A stretch of DNA of 57,473 bases from a virus (IMGVR_UViG_3300036985_006568:1-57473), one strand, 5' to 3'; shown: positions 48,466 through 57,446, numbered from the stretch's first letter. Program-made: numbers and translations. Notes: generated by a model from the letters alone, not told the origin.

Positions 48466-49977
48466 TTAGAAGTCACCGTTAACCTCTACCTTTAAGGGTT
48501 CTTGTGAACCTGACTGATCTGTATATTCTGGCACAGACCAGGTATTTACACCTTTTCCTTTAAGGATAAAAAATTGATGTTCTGCCCCATTATCCTTCAA
48601 GATAGAGGTTACACGATTTAATCCGGGGTGTTGGATTCTTTTCCTCTCTAGAAATCCAACGAAGTCTACAAGTCTAAAATAGTGACGACCCTTATCTCTC
48701 CATGGTTTTCCTAGGAGTATTTCATCTCTATTTCTAGCTTGAACACGAGAAGTACAAAACAGTTCAATCTGTTCTAGTAACTGTCCTGTTGGAGTAGCAT
48801 CGATTGGAACCTCAATGATGACAAGACCTTCAAGTAGATTTTGAACTATTGCTTGCCAAACCTGTTTCTGTTGTAAAGGGGTCATTAGATTAAGCGTATC
48901 CATACATCGACGTTGAAACCTAATCTGATTTTGAAGGTCCTCAGTCGACAATTCAATGCGTCCTCCACCATCAACATCAAGAAACCAAATCGGTGGCTGG
49001 GAATCATACTTGGTAAGTCCCGTAAGGACTGGCATCCCTTGACTCGGACCCACCCCAAACTTCCGTAGACGGCATTTAGAGGCTTGACAATGAGACTTAA
49101 TTGGCGACTTGTGACACGTGTAGCCATAATCTTTTTTCTCCACAGATCTTTGAATTGAAATAACTTCTGAAGCAGATAGTGGAGGTGAAAGATATTTTAG
49201 GTTGTAATTTTCGAGTTCTACTTCCCACTTATCTGGGAATGCTTTACGAAGGAATACTCCAATATTAAACAAGCCATCGTTTCTCGTTCCGGCTGGAAGT
49301 CCATGTGAAAGCAGATGTTCAAGGCAAGGAGGACCATCTTTTAATTCTTCAACTGAATTAAGTCCTATTGTTTCTAATTCCTTTTCCGTTACTTGTAATG
49401 AGGTAGCGTACTCTAGGAATTCATCAACCAGCATCCTTTCACCGGTTCTTTTTACTGCCCATCTATCTGTTGTATTCATGCCAAAATATGGCATGTTAAT
49501 CCAGTTTCCTGCATCTCCACGTTCAGTTAGTATCCGGGTTTGTTTTGGAAAAACCTCAACAGACCCATGTCCTAATGCGGCAGCAAACTCTCTCAATTTT
49601 CTTTGGACTATTGCTGATGATACTGCTTCTTTCAAAAACATATAAAGATGACAACCCCCCGACTTTGATCTAATTGGAACTAGGGGGAGCTGTAGATCAT
49701 AGACCTTAAGAGCAAGTTCCTTAAGATCTAGGTCGTAGATGTCTACATCAATTGCTCCAAAATATGAAACCCCTTCATCATTGATGGGTATGATTCCAAC
49801 ACCTTGATCTCCATTCAGGTGTCTTTCCCAAACCTTCTCTGTCACCGGTTTACTCATCGTGACGGCTTTACCAACTTGTTTTAATGAACCATCTTTTGAT
49901 CCAGTAACATCATATGTTCCATAGGCTCTATCAAGACCCTGGAATAGCCGCATGAACTGGATAACGTAAGACTCCAC
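48466..49977 (-). CDS. AEP-superfamily primase with PriCT domain
   Basis: GAIDVD, RSKSGGCHLY, GNWINMPY, GTRNDGLF. Confidence 0.85.
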   Translation of the reverse strand: MESYVIQFMRLFQGLDRAYGTYDVTGSKDGSLKQVGKAVTMSKPVTEKVWERHLNGDQGVGIIPINDEGVSYFGAIDVDIYDLDLKELALKVYDLQLPLVPIRSKSGGCHLYMFLKEAVSSAIVQRKLREFAAALGHGSVEVFPKQTRILTERGDAGNWINMPYFGMNTTDRWAVKRTGERMLVDEFLEYATSLQVTEKELETIGLNSVEELKDGPPCLEHLLSHGLPAGTRNDGLFNIGVFLRKAFPDKWEVELENYNLKYLSPPLSASEVISIQRSVEKKDYGYTCHKSPIKSHCQASKCRLRKFGVGPSQGMPVLTGLTKYDSQPPIWFLDVDGGGRIELSTEDLQNQIRFQRRCMDTLNLMTPLQQKQVWQAIVQNLLEGLVIIEVPIDATPTGQLLEQIELFCTSRVQARNRDEILLGKPWRDKGRHYFRLVDFVGFLERKRIQHPGLNRVTSILKDNGAEHQFFILKGKGVNTWSVPEYTDQSGSQEPLKVEVNGDF

Positions 49978-49993
49978 GAAAACCTCTTAAGAT

Positions 49994-50019
49994 AAAAATG
50001 CGAGGGATTCTTTCCCCTC
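49994..50019 (-). terminator. Possible intrinsic terminator at the end of a structured intergenic region
   Basis: GAGGG/CCCTC stem followed by GCATTTTT on the minus strand. Confidence 0.45.
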
Positions 50020-50140
50020 TGTCAACTCGACTGAAACTTTAGTGGGCTATCGAGTGTGCAGGTATTACCTGGTGCATATGATCCCCTCAGTCATAGGATC
50101 TCCCCAGACGAACTGGGGCCCTACATAATGAGGCGATATC

Positions 50141-50950
50141 TTAGTAGTCAGTCACCCCGGAGGTATCTGCAACTTCAATATCGTCAGACACTGAAGGAGC
50201 GAGATCCAAACCGTCCTTGACTACCTCATGGAACTTCTTAGCCGCCTTGTAAAGATCTGGGGATGTAATGATAGTAGGTCGAGTGAAATCCCAACCAAAC
50301 CAAGAATTAGCATCCTTAGTCTCCATCACAGTTTTCATATCAAAAGTATGAGAGAACATGGGAGCATCTAGAGTCTGTTCCCCACGCTTCAACTTTAGAG
50401 ACATCAATTGAGACATGAGACGACGACTCTTTTTCAACTGAGTACTTGACATAGAGATAACAGCTTGTTCATAAGATCCATCATCCGCAACAAGAAGTAC
50501 AAAATGGTAAGCTGTCTCAATAACTAGATTTCCATTGGAAAGTAGGAACTTACCTTTTTCATTCTTCGAACACTTACGCAAGATCTCATCTGTTTTATAT
50601 ACATTGACAAAACCTCCACCAAGATCACGATCTTTCCATTCAACCCAACGTTTCTGGAACCCACAATTGACCACGCGTACATGGATTTTTTCAGGGTTAA
50701 TGGTCATCTGCTTTACAGTGTGCAGGATGTTACCTTCTTCAGCCCCATCAATATGGGCAGCACCCTTCTTAACCTGTGGACTATTAGATTGAAGGATTGC
50801 AAGATAAGGAATGGCAACGTCCTTGATTGAGACGTTCTCGAATCCCTGACCTGAATCGGCACCCATCATATCAATGAGTTCTGCTTGCTCAGTGGTCATT
50901 AGACCACTGACTTCTTCCTGACTAACCTTGATTACTGCTTCTTTTGCCAT
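50141..50950 (-). CDS. Putative ssDNA-binding / annealing protein
   Basis: Replication-module position; IPYLAILQSNSPQ, MSSTQLKKSR, acidic C-terminal tail. Confidence 0.6.
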   Translation of the reverse strand: MAKEAVIKVSQEEVSGLMTTEQAELIDMMGADSGQGFENVSIKDVAIPYLAILQSNSPQVKKGAAHIDGAEEGNILHTVKQMTINPEKIHVRVVNCGFQKRWVEWKDRDLGGGFVNVYKTDEILRKCSKNEKGKFLLSNGNLVIETAYHFVLLVADDGSYEQAVISMSSTQLKKSRRLMSQLMSLKLKRGEQTLDAPMFSHTFDMKTVMETKDANSWFGWDFTRPTIITSPDLYKAAKKFHEVVKDGLDLAPSVSDDIEVADTSGVTDY

Positions 50951-51531
50951 CACTTGCTCCTTGTAATTTTTGCCTTTTGGCCTATGAAGACCTTAAAGGT
51001 ATCGAGCGGGAAGTTAGGGTTACCGGACTCAACCTGTTCCCGCACGAAGGCAGAGAGAGTCTGGGGATGAACGGATTTTTTATTAGTACAGGGTATATGC
51101 ATAGTTGCAAGGACCTCAAGAACCTTATTAGCAAGGGTATCTTCACCCCTACCGAATGATGTTTTTATCTCGTTCTTGATGATGTCGTCATGCTTATTGT
51201 TTATGAGCCAGTTGAAGCAGTCAACCTGGTTATCTTCCTTGATTGAGGCTGAGTAGTAGGGTTTAACTTGGATAGAAAAACCGTCCTTTGTAGTGAACTT
51301 ATTAATCCCTACCCCCTGCATTGCCGTTGGTAGCTTCATCTCCTGAACTGACTTTAACTGTTCTTTCTTTTCTGCTAGGGTTAACTCAAGAGCCTCAACC
51401 TCATTTTCAAGTTGAATCTGCTCAAAAGCAAGTTGTGAGACAATATCCAAACCAGACATGGCTGTTGTTGCCGCGACTGTATCCATAATCTCTATGGAAT
51501 CAGACATCATCTCATTAAGTAGATCTGACAT
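50950..51531 (-). CDS. Conserved phage replication-module protein
   Basis: WL..N.H.DIIKNEI..SFGRGED, VHPQTLSAFVRE. Confidence 0.65.
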   Translation of the reverse strand: MSDLLNEMMSDSIEIMDTVAATTAMSGLDIVSQLAFEQIQLENEVEALELTLAEKKEQLKSVQEMKLPTAMQGVGINKFTTKDGFSIQVKPYYSASIKEDNQVDCFNWLINNKHDDIIKNEIKTSFGRGEDTLANKVLEVLATMHIPCTNKKSVHPQTLSAFVREQVESGNPNFPLDTFKVFIGQKAKITRSK

Positions 51532-51701
51532 TAATGGGTCTCCTTATAGTATTCTACACAATCATCGATGGATGCTCCATCATTATATAGGTCAAAAGCT
51601 TCTTCAAGGTCCTCTATTTCTGCCCCAAGTTCTACTTGGACGTCATGAATCCATTTCATAAAAAATGGAGTATACTGCGATTTACACGCTTTTTCCGACA
51701 T
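51531..51701 (-). CDS. Small acidic protein (56 aa, not in the ORF track)
   Basis: AAAGGAGA RBS; hand translation MSEKACKSQY...VEYYKETH. Confidence 0.55.
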   Translation of the reverse strand: MSEKACKSQYTPFFMKWIHDVQVELGAEIEDLEEAFDLYNDGASIDDCVEYYKETH

Positions 51702-51713
51702 TATATCTCCTTT

Positions 51714-52016
51714 CTATATTGCCGATTGAACTACGTAGTAACGCTTTTCCTCTCTGTCCCATTTAAGAAACTTTACCTTCCCATGATTATTACGCGCGGC
51801 GACGGCTGAAGCAAGACCAATTGCCACAGGATCACCGATAGTTAGCAGATAATCTTTATCTGAGAAAGTCTTAAGTTTCTCATTCAATATCTCTATCGCT
51901 GCAACGGATGAAATTACAATCTGCATACCTAGGGGGAGAAGAGAGATCAAAGGGCCGTAGGCCTCAGCAGAGAGAATATTCCTCCCCTGGACCTCTTGTA
52001 TTACATAGACAGCCAC
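51714..52016 (-). CDS. Conserved hypothetical phage protein
   Basis: DYLLTIGDP, LKWDR; AAAGGAGA RBS. Confidence 0.6.
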   Translation of the reverse strand: MAVYVIQEVQGRNILSAEAYGPLISLLPLGMQIVISSVAAIEILNEKLKTFSDKDYLLTIGDPVAIGLASAVAARNNHGKVKFLKWDREEKRYYVVQSAI

Positions 52017-52034
52017 TTTGATCTCCTTTCTCTA

Positions 52035-52067
52035 CTATAATTATAGTCCAGGTTTGACATTTGTAAA
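52035..52067 (-). promoter_or_regulatory. sigma70-type promoter
   Basis: TTTACA-16 nt-TATAAT within CCTGGACTATAATTATAG. Confidence 0.55.
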
Positions 52068-52445
52068 TACAGTTTTTAAAAATAATTTTTCAAGTAATCC
52101 CTCCCAATTAAATGGTTTTGATGTCTCAAATACTCTAAAGAAACCACTTACATCAAACCAGTGCACGTAGATTGTATCATTAACCCGGGTTAAAACTAAT
52201 GACCATCCACCATTTTTATGATGCTTTATGTGCCAATTTCTTTGACTAGGATGTAAACCCAAATGGAGGATCTCTAGATTTTCTAGTCTAGTTAGAGATT
52301 TCAATTCAATCCAAGTTGAAACCCCATTTGTACAGTTGTATACATCTGGGGTTCCGTTCGCAACACCGTTCTCTATTCGTTCAGACATCCCAGGTAGGTG
52401 TCCTTTTAATAGATTCCATAGATCAACTTCGGACATCCTCCTCAT
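52041..52445 (-). CDS. VRR-NUC / Holliday junction resolvase-like nuclease
   Basis: RIEN...GTPDV..WIELK...Q..WH PD-(D/E)xK pattern. Confidence 0.8.
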   Translation of the reverse strand: MRRMSEVDLWNLLKGHLPGMSERIENGVANGTPDVYNCTNGVSTWIELKSLTRLENLEILHLGLHPSQRNWHIKHHKNGGWSLVLTRVNDTIYVHWFDVSGFFRVFETSKPFNWEGLLEKLFLKTVFTNVKPGL

Positions 52446-52881
52446 CCTCCTTCAAGATATAGCGCGTTCCTCGTTTCTCTCCGGTTTTTATCAAGATACT
52501 GCCTTCCTCTAGATCCGTAAAGATAGCACGAAGAGCTGCTCCACCCCAAACCTCGTTACTAATCTTAAGAGCGTAGGCCGTTTCTGTCATAGAGATATCT
52601 TTACGCTCATTAAGAAGAGCAATTACTTTACTCTTCAGTTCCTCTTTATCATAAACATCTTTACGTGGACTACCCAATCTTTTACCAGCAAAATGAACGG
52701 GTTTCATATTTTCCGGGGCAACGTAACCCGTATTTACCGTGAAGAGTTCGGACTTCTCTTCCTGAAAAATGATTGCTATAGTCCTAGGATCCCACCCTTG
52801 ACCAACAAGAGCATCAACTAGTACTCCTCCTAGAATCTCACGGTCCAGGATATTATTCGCTTGCACAATTACAATTGGCAT
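52423..52881 (-). CDS. Tautomerase-like N-terminal domain fused to a winged HTH
   Basis: Pro-1 MPIVIV..LVDAL..IAIIFQE; C-terminal ILIKTGEKRGTRY wing. Confidence 0.55.
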   Translation of the reverse strand: MPIVIVQANNILDREILGGVLVDALVGQGWDPRTIAIIFQEEKSELFTVNTGYVAPENMKPVHFAGKRLGSPRKDVYDKEELKSKVIALLNERKDISMTETAYALKISNEVWGGAALRAIFTDLEEGSILIKTGEKRGTRYILKEDEEDVRS

Positions 52882-52890
52882 GTTTTCTCC

Positions 52891-53826
52891 TTAAAAAGGC
52901 CACTCTAGTGACCAAAAGTTTACGGTCTGCTTGATATATCGTGGAAGGTGAGTCCTTACCCGGCGTATCTTGTCTATCACCCTGCCATGTTTTACTTTCA
53001 TGGATTCATACTTTCTAAATTCACAGAATCCATCCTCCATCGCTTTTATATCAAAAGGGTTTCCATTGAAGTCAAACAAATCTAATTGTTCGAGGTCCAT
53101 TAACCTACAAAGGATGTGGTCCTTTAAATCGCACATCTCTTGAAGTGTTGGGGAGTGACCAAAGATTCCTTCTGCTATGCTCTTTGACCCCGGACCTATG
53201 AATAGGTAGTCGTTACTAGTGAATGGGAACTGAGGGTATAGGTAACAAAGAGAGGTGAACACCTCATATACCCTGAATGGTCCTAGGAGAGGGTATGAAT
53301 CCAACAGATGATGTATGACTCCTTTTGGTTTCTTCATCAACTGAATTAGTTGCACTGTTTGTTCGTAATTTTCCTCTACCATTTTGTAATGATCGAGGAG
53401 GTTATCTTCCCGTGTTTTACCCTCCCTAGTATGTATGAATGGCCACATGATCCCTGTATAGATATAAGTACTTGGATGTTTTTTCTGTACCTGTAGTAAT
53501 CCTTCTTTATCGAAGGGAATACCTACGGTATCAAAGTAGTTCATTATTGACGGGGACCAATGCTGTCGATAAAATAAGATAAATTTAACTTGTTCTGGAA
53601 AAGGGAGCCCTCTTATACCTCCTAACTCATACTTAGTTAGATGATTCTGTCTCCTAAATATATCTTCAAGTCGTCCAGGTCCATTTCTACGGTCCTCAAG
53701 TATAATCGGATCTGTTATCTTGTCTGATTGACCTGTTAATTCCAACATCCGGATCCCCTGGTAATATACCAGGAATTCGATATATCTCTCAAGGAGATCC
53801 GGATCCTTAATGTCGGAGGGGTTCAC
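52891..53826 (-). CDS. aGPT-Pplase1 / 5-hmdU DNA kinase helical-domain-like DNA modification protein (divergent)
   Basis: DPII, GPFRVYEV, IGPGS, EDGFCEFRKY match the family pattern. Confidence 0.7.
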   Translation of the reverse strand: MNPSDIKDPDLLERYIEFLVYYQGIRMLELTGQSDKITDPIILEDRRNGPGRLEDIFRRQNHLTKYELGGIRGLPFPEQVKFILFYRQHWSPSIMNYFDTVGIPFDKEGLLQVQKKHPSTYIYTGIMWPFIHTREGKTREDNLLDHYKMVEENYEQTVQLIQLMKKPKGVIHHLLDSYPLLGPFRVYEVFTSLCYLYPQFPFTSNDYLFIGPGSKSIAEGIFGHSPTLQEMCDLKDHILCRLMDLEQLDLFDFNGNPFDIKAMEDGFCEFRKYESMKVKHGRVIDKIRRVRTHLPRYIKQTVNFWSLEWPF

Positions 53827-54167
53827 TTCTTTCCTTTCTTCACCTTCTTAGTTGGAACCTTCTTTGCTGGGGGAACTACCAACTTCTTTGAAGTTTTCTT
53901 GCTTTTTGCACAAACCTTGGGCGTGATGTAGGTAGCAAATTTGATACTTTCACCACTCAAGATCGTACAGGTGTCTTCTCCTCCTACTGATCGTTTGCCA
54001 TATACAAGGCGATCGAGAACTACAGCTTGTTTTTTCAATAGCTTAGATGCAGCATTAAAGAAAAAATTCTCGGCCGTTTGCTTATTAGACAGGCTTACAC
54101 TATTAACCTGACCATACTCAAAAAATCTAACGCGATACCTCACACCGGCTTCAATCGGCTCGTTCAT
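53823..54167 (-). CDS. Hypothetical protein with Lys-rich tail
   Basis: ATGA coupling to the polymerase gene. Confidence 0.55.
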   Translation of the reverse strand: MNEPIEAGVRYRVRFFEYGQVNSVSLSNKQTAENFFFNAASKLLKKQAVVLDRLVYGKRSVGGEDTCTILSGESIKFATYITPKVCAKSKKTSKKLVVPPAKKVPTKKVKKGKK

Positions 54168-56032
54168 AACTCTACCTCCTTAGCTTCGCCCCAACTTGGT
54201 CCGAGTTCTACGTCGAGTTTAAGTGGGACTTCGAGTTGTACTGCATTAAGCAAGATATCCCGGACGATCCGAGCATCCTGCAGAGTTTCAATTGGTGTGT
54301 CAACCTCATCATGTAGCGTGATGTAGGGAATATAGTCAGCATCATACATGTCTAGCATAGCTAACTTGATCATGTCAGCAGATGTTCCCTGAATAACAGA
54401 GTTCATTGCTTTATGGATGAAATACCTTGTTACAGGTGGTCCATACTCCTTGAGCGCTTCTACTTTAGGTAATGGGATGCATCCATCCGTCCATTTCCTT
54501 GGACCGAATAGTATAAAACGTCTTTTTCTTCCAAGTACTGTTTTGACGTATCCTCTGTCATTAGCAACGTGCATACATTCATCCCCGAGTAATTTGATAA
54601 AGGGGACCGCGGCATGGTATTTGTCATAGAGTATAGTCGTTTCACCCGCCGTCTTTCCAAGTTGTTCAGCCATCTTTTTCTTTCCCATTCCATAAGCCAA
54701 TCCCAGGTTGAGACCCTTGGCCTCCTTTCTTGTAATGTCTGCCATGTCGGCGATAAGTTGGTGATAGTCTGTTGATGGATCTTTGATATACCTATCCCGA
54801 GCTTCTTCTGCTCCCTTAAATCCTCGTTTATACGCGTAATGCACAGTGACTCTGGGTTCTTGCTGTGAGTAATCGAACACTCCCCATTGTGTCCCAGATT
54901 CAGGAACGAATATGGATCGTATAAGTGGGGCCAGATACTCATTTTTTGCTGGTACCTGCTGCATATTAGGGTTCGCGGAGGCAAAACGCCCTGATTTGGT
55001 GCCCCCATCATCTGATCTAACCTGTCGATACGTTGGGTATATCCTCCCATTTGTAGCCATCTCCAGGATTTTCTTTTGTATGAAGACTGATCCACCACGA
55101 TCAAGTTGCCTGGTGAATAGTAACTTCTTAAAGAAGGGATCTTCACATGAGTGAAGCCATTCTGCCTCAAAACTTGGGTTTCCTTTTCCTGTTCGTGGGT
55201 AGATAAGTCCCAACCTGTCACAAGCCTTGGCAATATCCGTCCCAGACCAGATGTCAATATCTCTTCCTGCGAGTTTACCCAATTCTGAAAGTGATTGTTT
55301 ATGCTCCTTTGATAGGCGTTCATGAATCTGTTCTCCTTTAGCATAGTCTACGGGTATCCCTAATAGTCTCATTGCTAATAGGAGTCTAGTCATGCGTGAT
55401 TCTATTTCAAATACATTCCACAGACCTTCCTCCTTCAACCGTGGAATTTGTAAGTTGAATATTTGCAATGTTAAGGCAGCATCATCTTCGCCATAAGGTC
55501 CTACAAATTTAGCTGGAAATTTCCACATGTTCTCTTTGATTTTACTCTCAGGAATTCCCATGCACTTTCCCGCTTCTTTTAATAGGCCCTCATTTTTATG
55601 AACGCCACAGTATTCAAGTGCAAGAACGTCCAACTTATAACTTCGTTTGTTCTCATCTAGTAGAGGTTCAGCAATTTGAACGTCGTAGACGGGGCCATTG
55701 ACCTTAACATCTTCAGTTAAAAGCCACTCTAGATCATATATAGTGTTGGCCCCAACCTTCGCCCCCGGTCCACTAAGTTGATCCCGCAACCAGGCGAAGA
55801 CATTAGGTGCGTCCAGATTTCCTCCACCTTCATGTCGAACAGGATAGTAGCCCTTGAAACCGTCATCTGTAGCGACGGAGATTCCAATAATATAGCCACC
55901 TCCTCGCTTACAAGAAGGTCCCTTCGTGAGTAGGTCTGGGTCTTTAGTCTCTGTGTCGAGTCCGATGAGTTTTGCATCTCGTATATCCGGAAATGTTGTT
56001 GGCGCAATCCATGTCGATTCTGGAAGTATCAC
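54164..56032 (-). CDS. polA: Family A DNA polymerase with 3'-5' exonuclease
   Basis: LDTET (ExoI), SGRFASANPNMQQVP, DYSQQEPR, RKEAKGLNLGLAYG, IQGTSAD, HDE. Confidence 0.96.
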   Translation of the reverse strand: MILPESTWIAPTTFPDIRDAKLIGLDTETKDPDLLTKGPSCKRGGGYIIGISVATDDGFKGYYPVRHEGGGNLDAPNVFAWLRDQLSGPGAKVGANTIYDLEWLLTEDVKVNGPVYDVQIAEPLLDENKRSYKLDVLALEYCGVHKNEGLLKEAGKCMGIPESKIKENMWKFPAKFVGPYGEDDAALTLQIFNLQIPRLKEEGLWNVFEIESRMTRLLLAMRLLGIPVDYAKGEQIHERLSKEHKQSLSELGKLAGRDIDIWSGTDIAKACDRLGLIYPRTGKGNPSFEAEWLHSCEDPFFKKLLFTRQLDRGGSVFIQKKILEMATNGRIYPTYRQVRSDDGGTKSGRFASANPNMQQVPAKNEYLAPLIRSIFVPESGTQWGVFDYSQQEPRVTVHYAYKRGFKGAEEARDRYIKDPSTDYHQLIADMADITRKEAKGLNLGLAYGMGKKKMAEQLGKTAGETTILYDKYHAAVPFIKLLGDECMHVANDRGYVKTVLGRKRRFILFGPRKWTDGCIPLPKVEALKEYGPPVTRYFIHKAMNSVIQGTSADMIKLAMLDMYDADYIPYITLHDEVDTPIETLQDARIVRDILLNAVQLEVPLKLDVELGPSWGEAKEVEL

Positions 56033-56033
56033 C

Positions 56034-56462
56034 TCAACTCCTATGAATCCATGAACGTCCAGCAGCTAACCAAAGTAATTTTGATTGGGGATGGGGATAC
56101 TCAGATGTAAATACTATTCGCTGACAGCTCGTATTTAACAGAAGTTTAATACAGGTGATGCATGGAGAGGCTGTGCAGTAACAGGTATCTATTGAATAAA
56201 CGTCATGACATTGGAGCAAGGCATTCTGCTCCGCATGGATTGCCTCACAAAGATCTAACCCCTGACCTGATGGAGCAAATGCTCCGGCACAAGGATTATC
56301 TATGCAATGAGGTAAACCAGCCGCCACGCCATTATAACCCGTTGCAATAACATGATGTCGACTATTTACTAGGACGCATCCTACCTTTCTACGAGTGCAG
56401 GTTCCCCTAGTAGAAACTAACTTTGCCATCTCAAGAAAATACTCATCATGTGAAGGTCTCAT
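56034..56462 (-). CDS. dCMP deaminase
   Basis: ATGYNG, HAEQNA, SPCITC; ATGA-coupled to the TS-like gene. Confidence 0.93.
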   Translation of the reverse strand: MRPSHDEYFLEMAKLVSTRGTCTRRKVGCVLVNSRHHVIATGYNGVAAGLPHCIDNPCAGAFAPSGQGLDLCEAIHAEQNALLQCHDVYSIDTCYCTASPCITCIKLLLNTSCQRIVFTSEYPHPQSKLLWLAAGRSWIHRS

Positions 56463-57268
56463 GTGAAAAGGTCTCCTAGCCAGAGTGGGTTTGGGTTGCA
56501 ATTCTTGTTTTTCGCTACATTCCATAGGTGCTCTACAACCTCGTCATAAGAATCAAAGATATCTGTGTCTACGGATCGTATTGTAAAAATCTCACGTTTA
56601 CTTAGGATTGAGCTAACAATTTCAAATTGTTCTTTATAAAGATGCTGTGAGGCAGCATTGAAATAAAGTTCACCCAATGTTATTATACATTCTTTTTTCA
56701 TAAATGTATTAATTTGTTTCATTATTCCTAATGATAAACAACTAAAATTAAATATATCATAAGGAACACCCATCCAAGCGTCAGATGAACGCATATTCAG
56801 GAAACAATGGAGTTTATCTTCTCTTATCATCCACTGAGCGGATATTGTGCATGGAACATCTTTTGTTATCGGAGGATTCTGTCGCCATATTGTTAGAACT
56901 GCTTGACGTGATTCTCTATCATTCACTAGCGATTTAACAATATGCCCGACCTGATCTATGATCCTCGGACCATAGGCCCCAAAGAACCGTTCCCCGTCAT
57001 CGCTAAAATTTGAGATCATCTTTGAGAAGGGGGCAATCGTCTTTACTCGGTTATCACCACTCATTATCCAAGCGGCTTCTGCGGCCATGAAATGGTATCC
57101 TAATTTGCGTTCCCTTACACAAACTACCGGGTTATTCATATTGATTGTCATACTTCGCCCTAATATCTCCCTAGTTTCCTTTCCTCTAGGATTAACGGGT
57201 CTTCCATTAAAATAGACATCACTTAGTAGATAAAACCAAGATAAAGACGTTGAATTATCGAGTCTCAT
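56459..57268 (-). CDS. Thymidylate synthase superfamily protein, probable dCMP (hydroxy)methylase
   Basis: GAYGPRI, SRQAV, DVPCT, MRSSD..GVPYD (Asp at the specificity position), SQHLY. Confidence 0.85.
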   Translation of the reverse strand: MRLDNSTSLSWFYLLSDVYFNGRPVNPRGKETREILGRSMTINMNNPVVCVRERKLGYHFMAAEAAWIMSGDNRVKTIAPFSKMISNFSDDGERFFGAYGPRIIDQVGHIVKSLVNDRESRQAVLTIWRQNPPITKDVPCTISAQWMIREDKLHCFLNMRSSDAWMGVPYDIFNFSCLSLGIMKQINTFMKKECIITLGELYFNAASQHLYKEQFEIVSSILSKREIFTIRSVDTDIFDSYDEVVEHLWNVAKNKNCNPNPLWLGDLFT

Positions 57269-57278
57269 TTAACGCCTC

Positions 57279-57446
57279 TTACAGTACTGGTTCTGAAATT
57301 ATTGCTAGTAATATCCTGCAAGCTATTCCCGGAGCCTTCTTTATTCTGGTTTCAAGTTCATAACAACGGTCACAGCGCTTTGTACCTGTATAGATAGTGC
57401 TATCACCGCATAGTTCACAAGGAACACTTTTTCTAATGTCTGGCAT
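57279..57446 (-). CDS. Small Zn-finger protein (55 aa; its 5' part is repeated at 1-100)
   Basis: CELCG...CDRC; GAGG RBS. Confidence 0.55.
   Translation of the reverse strand: MPDIRKSVPCELCGDSTIYTGTKRCDRCYELETRIKKAPGIACRILLAIISEPVL

Noticed and set aside
54460-55344. 294-aa overlapping ORF inside the DNA polymerase gene
   Set aside because: No recognisable motifs or RBS; the polymerase frame is intact, with no sign of an intron or intein
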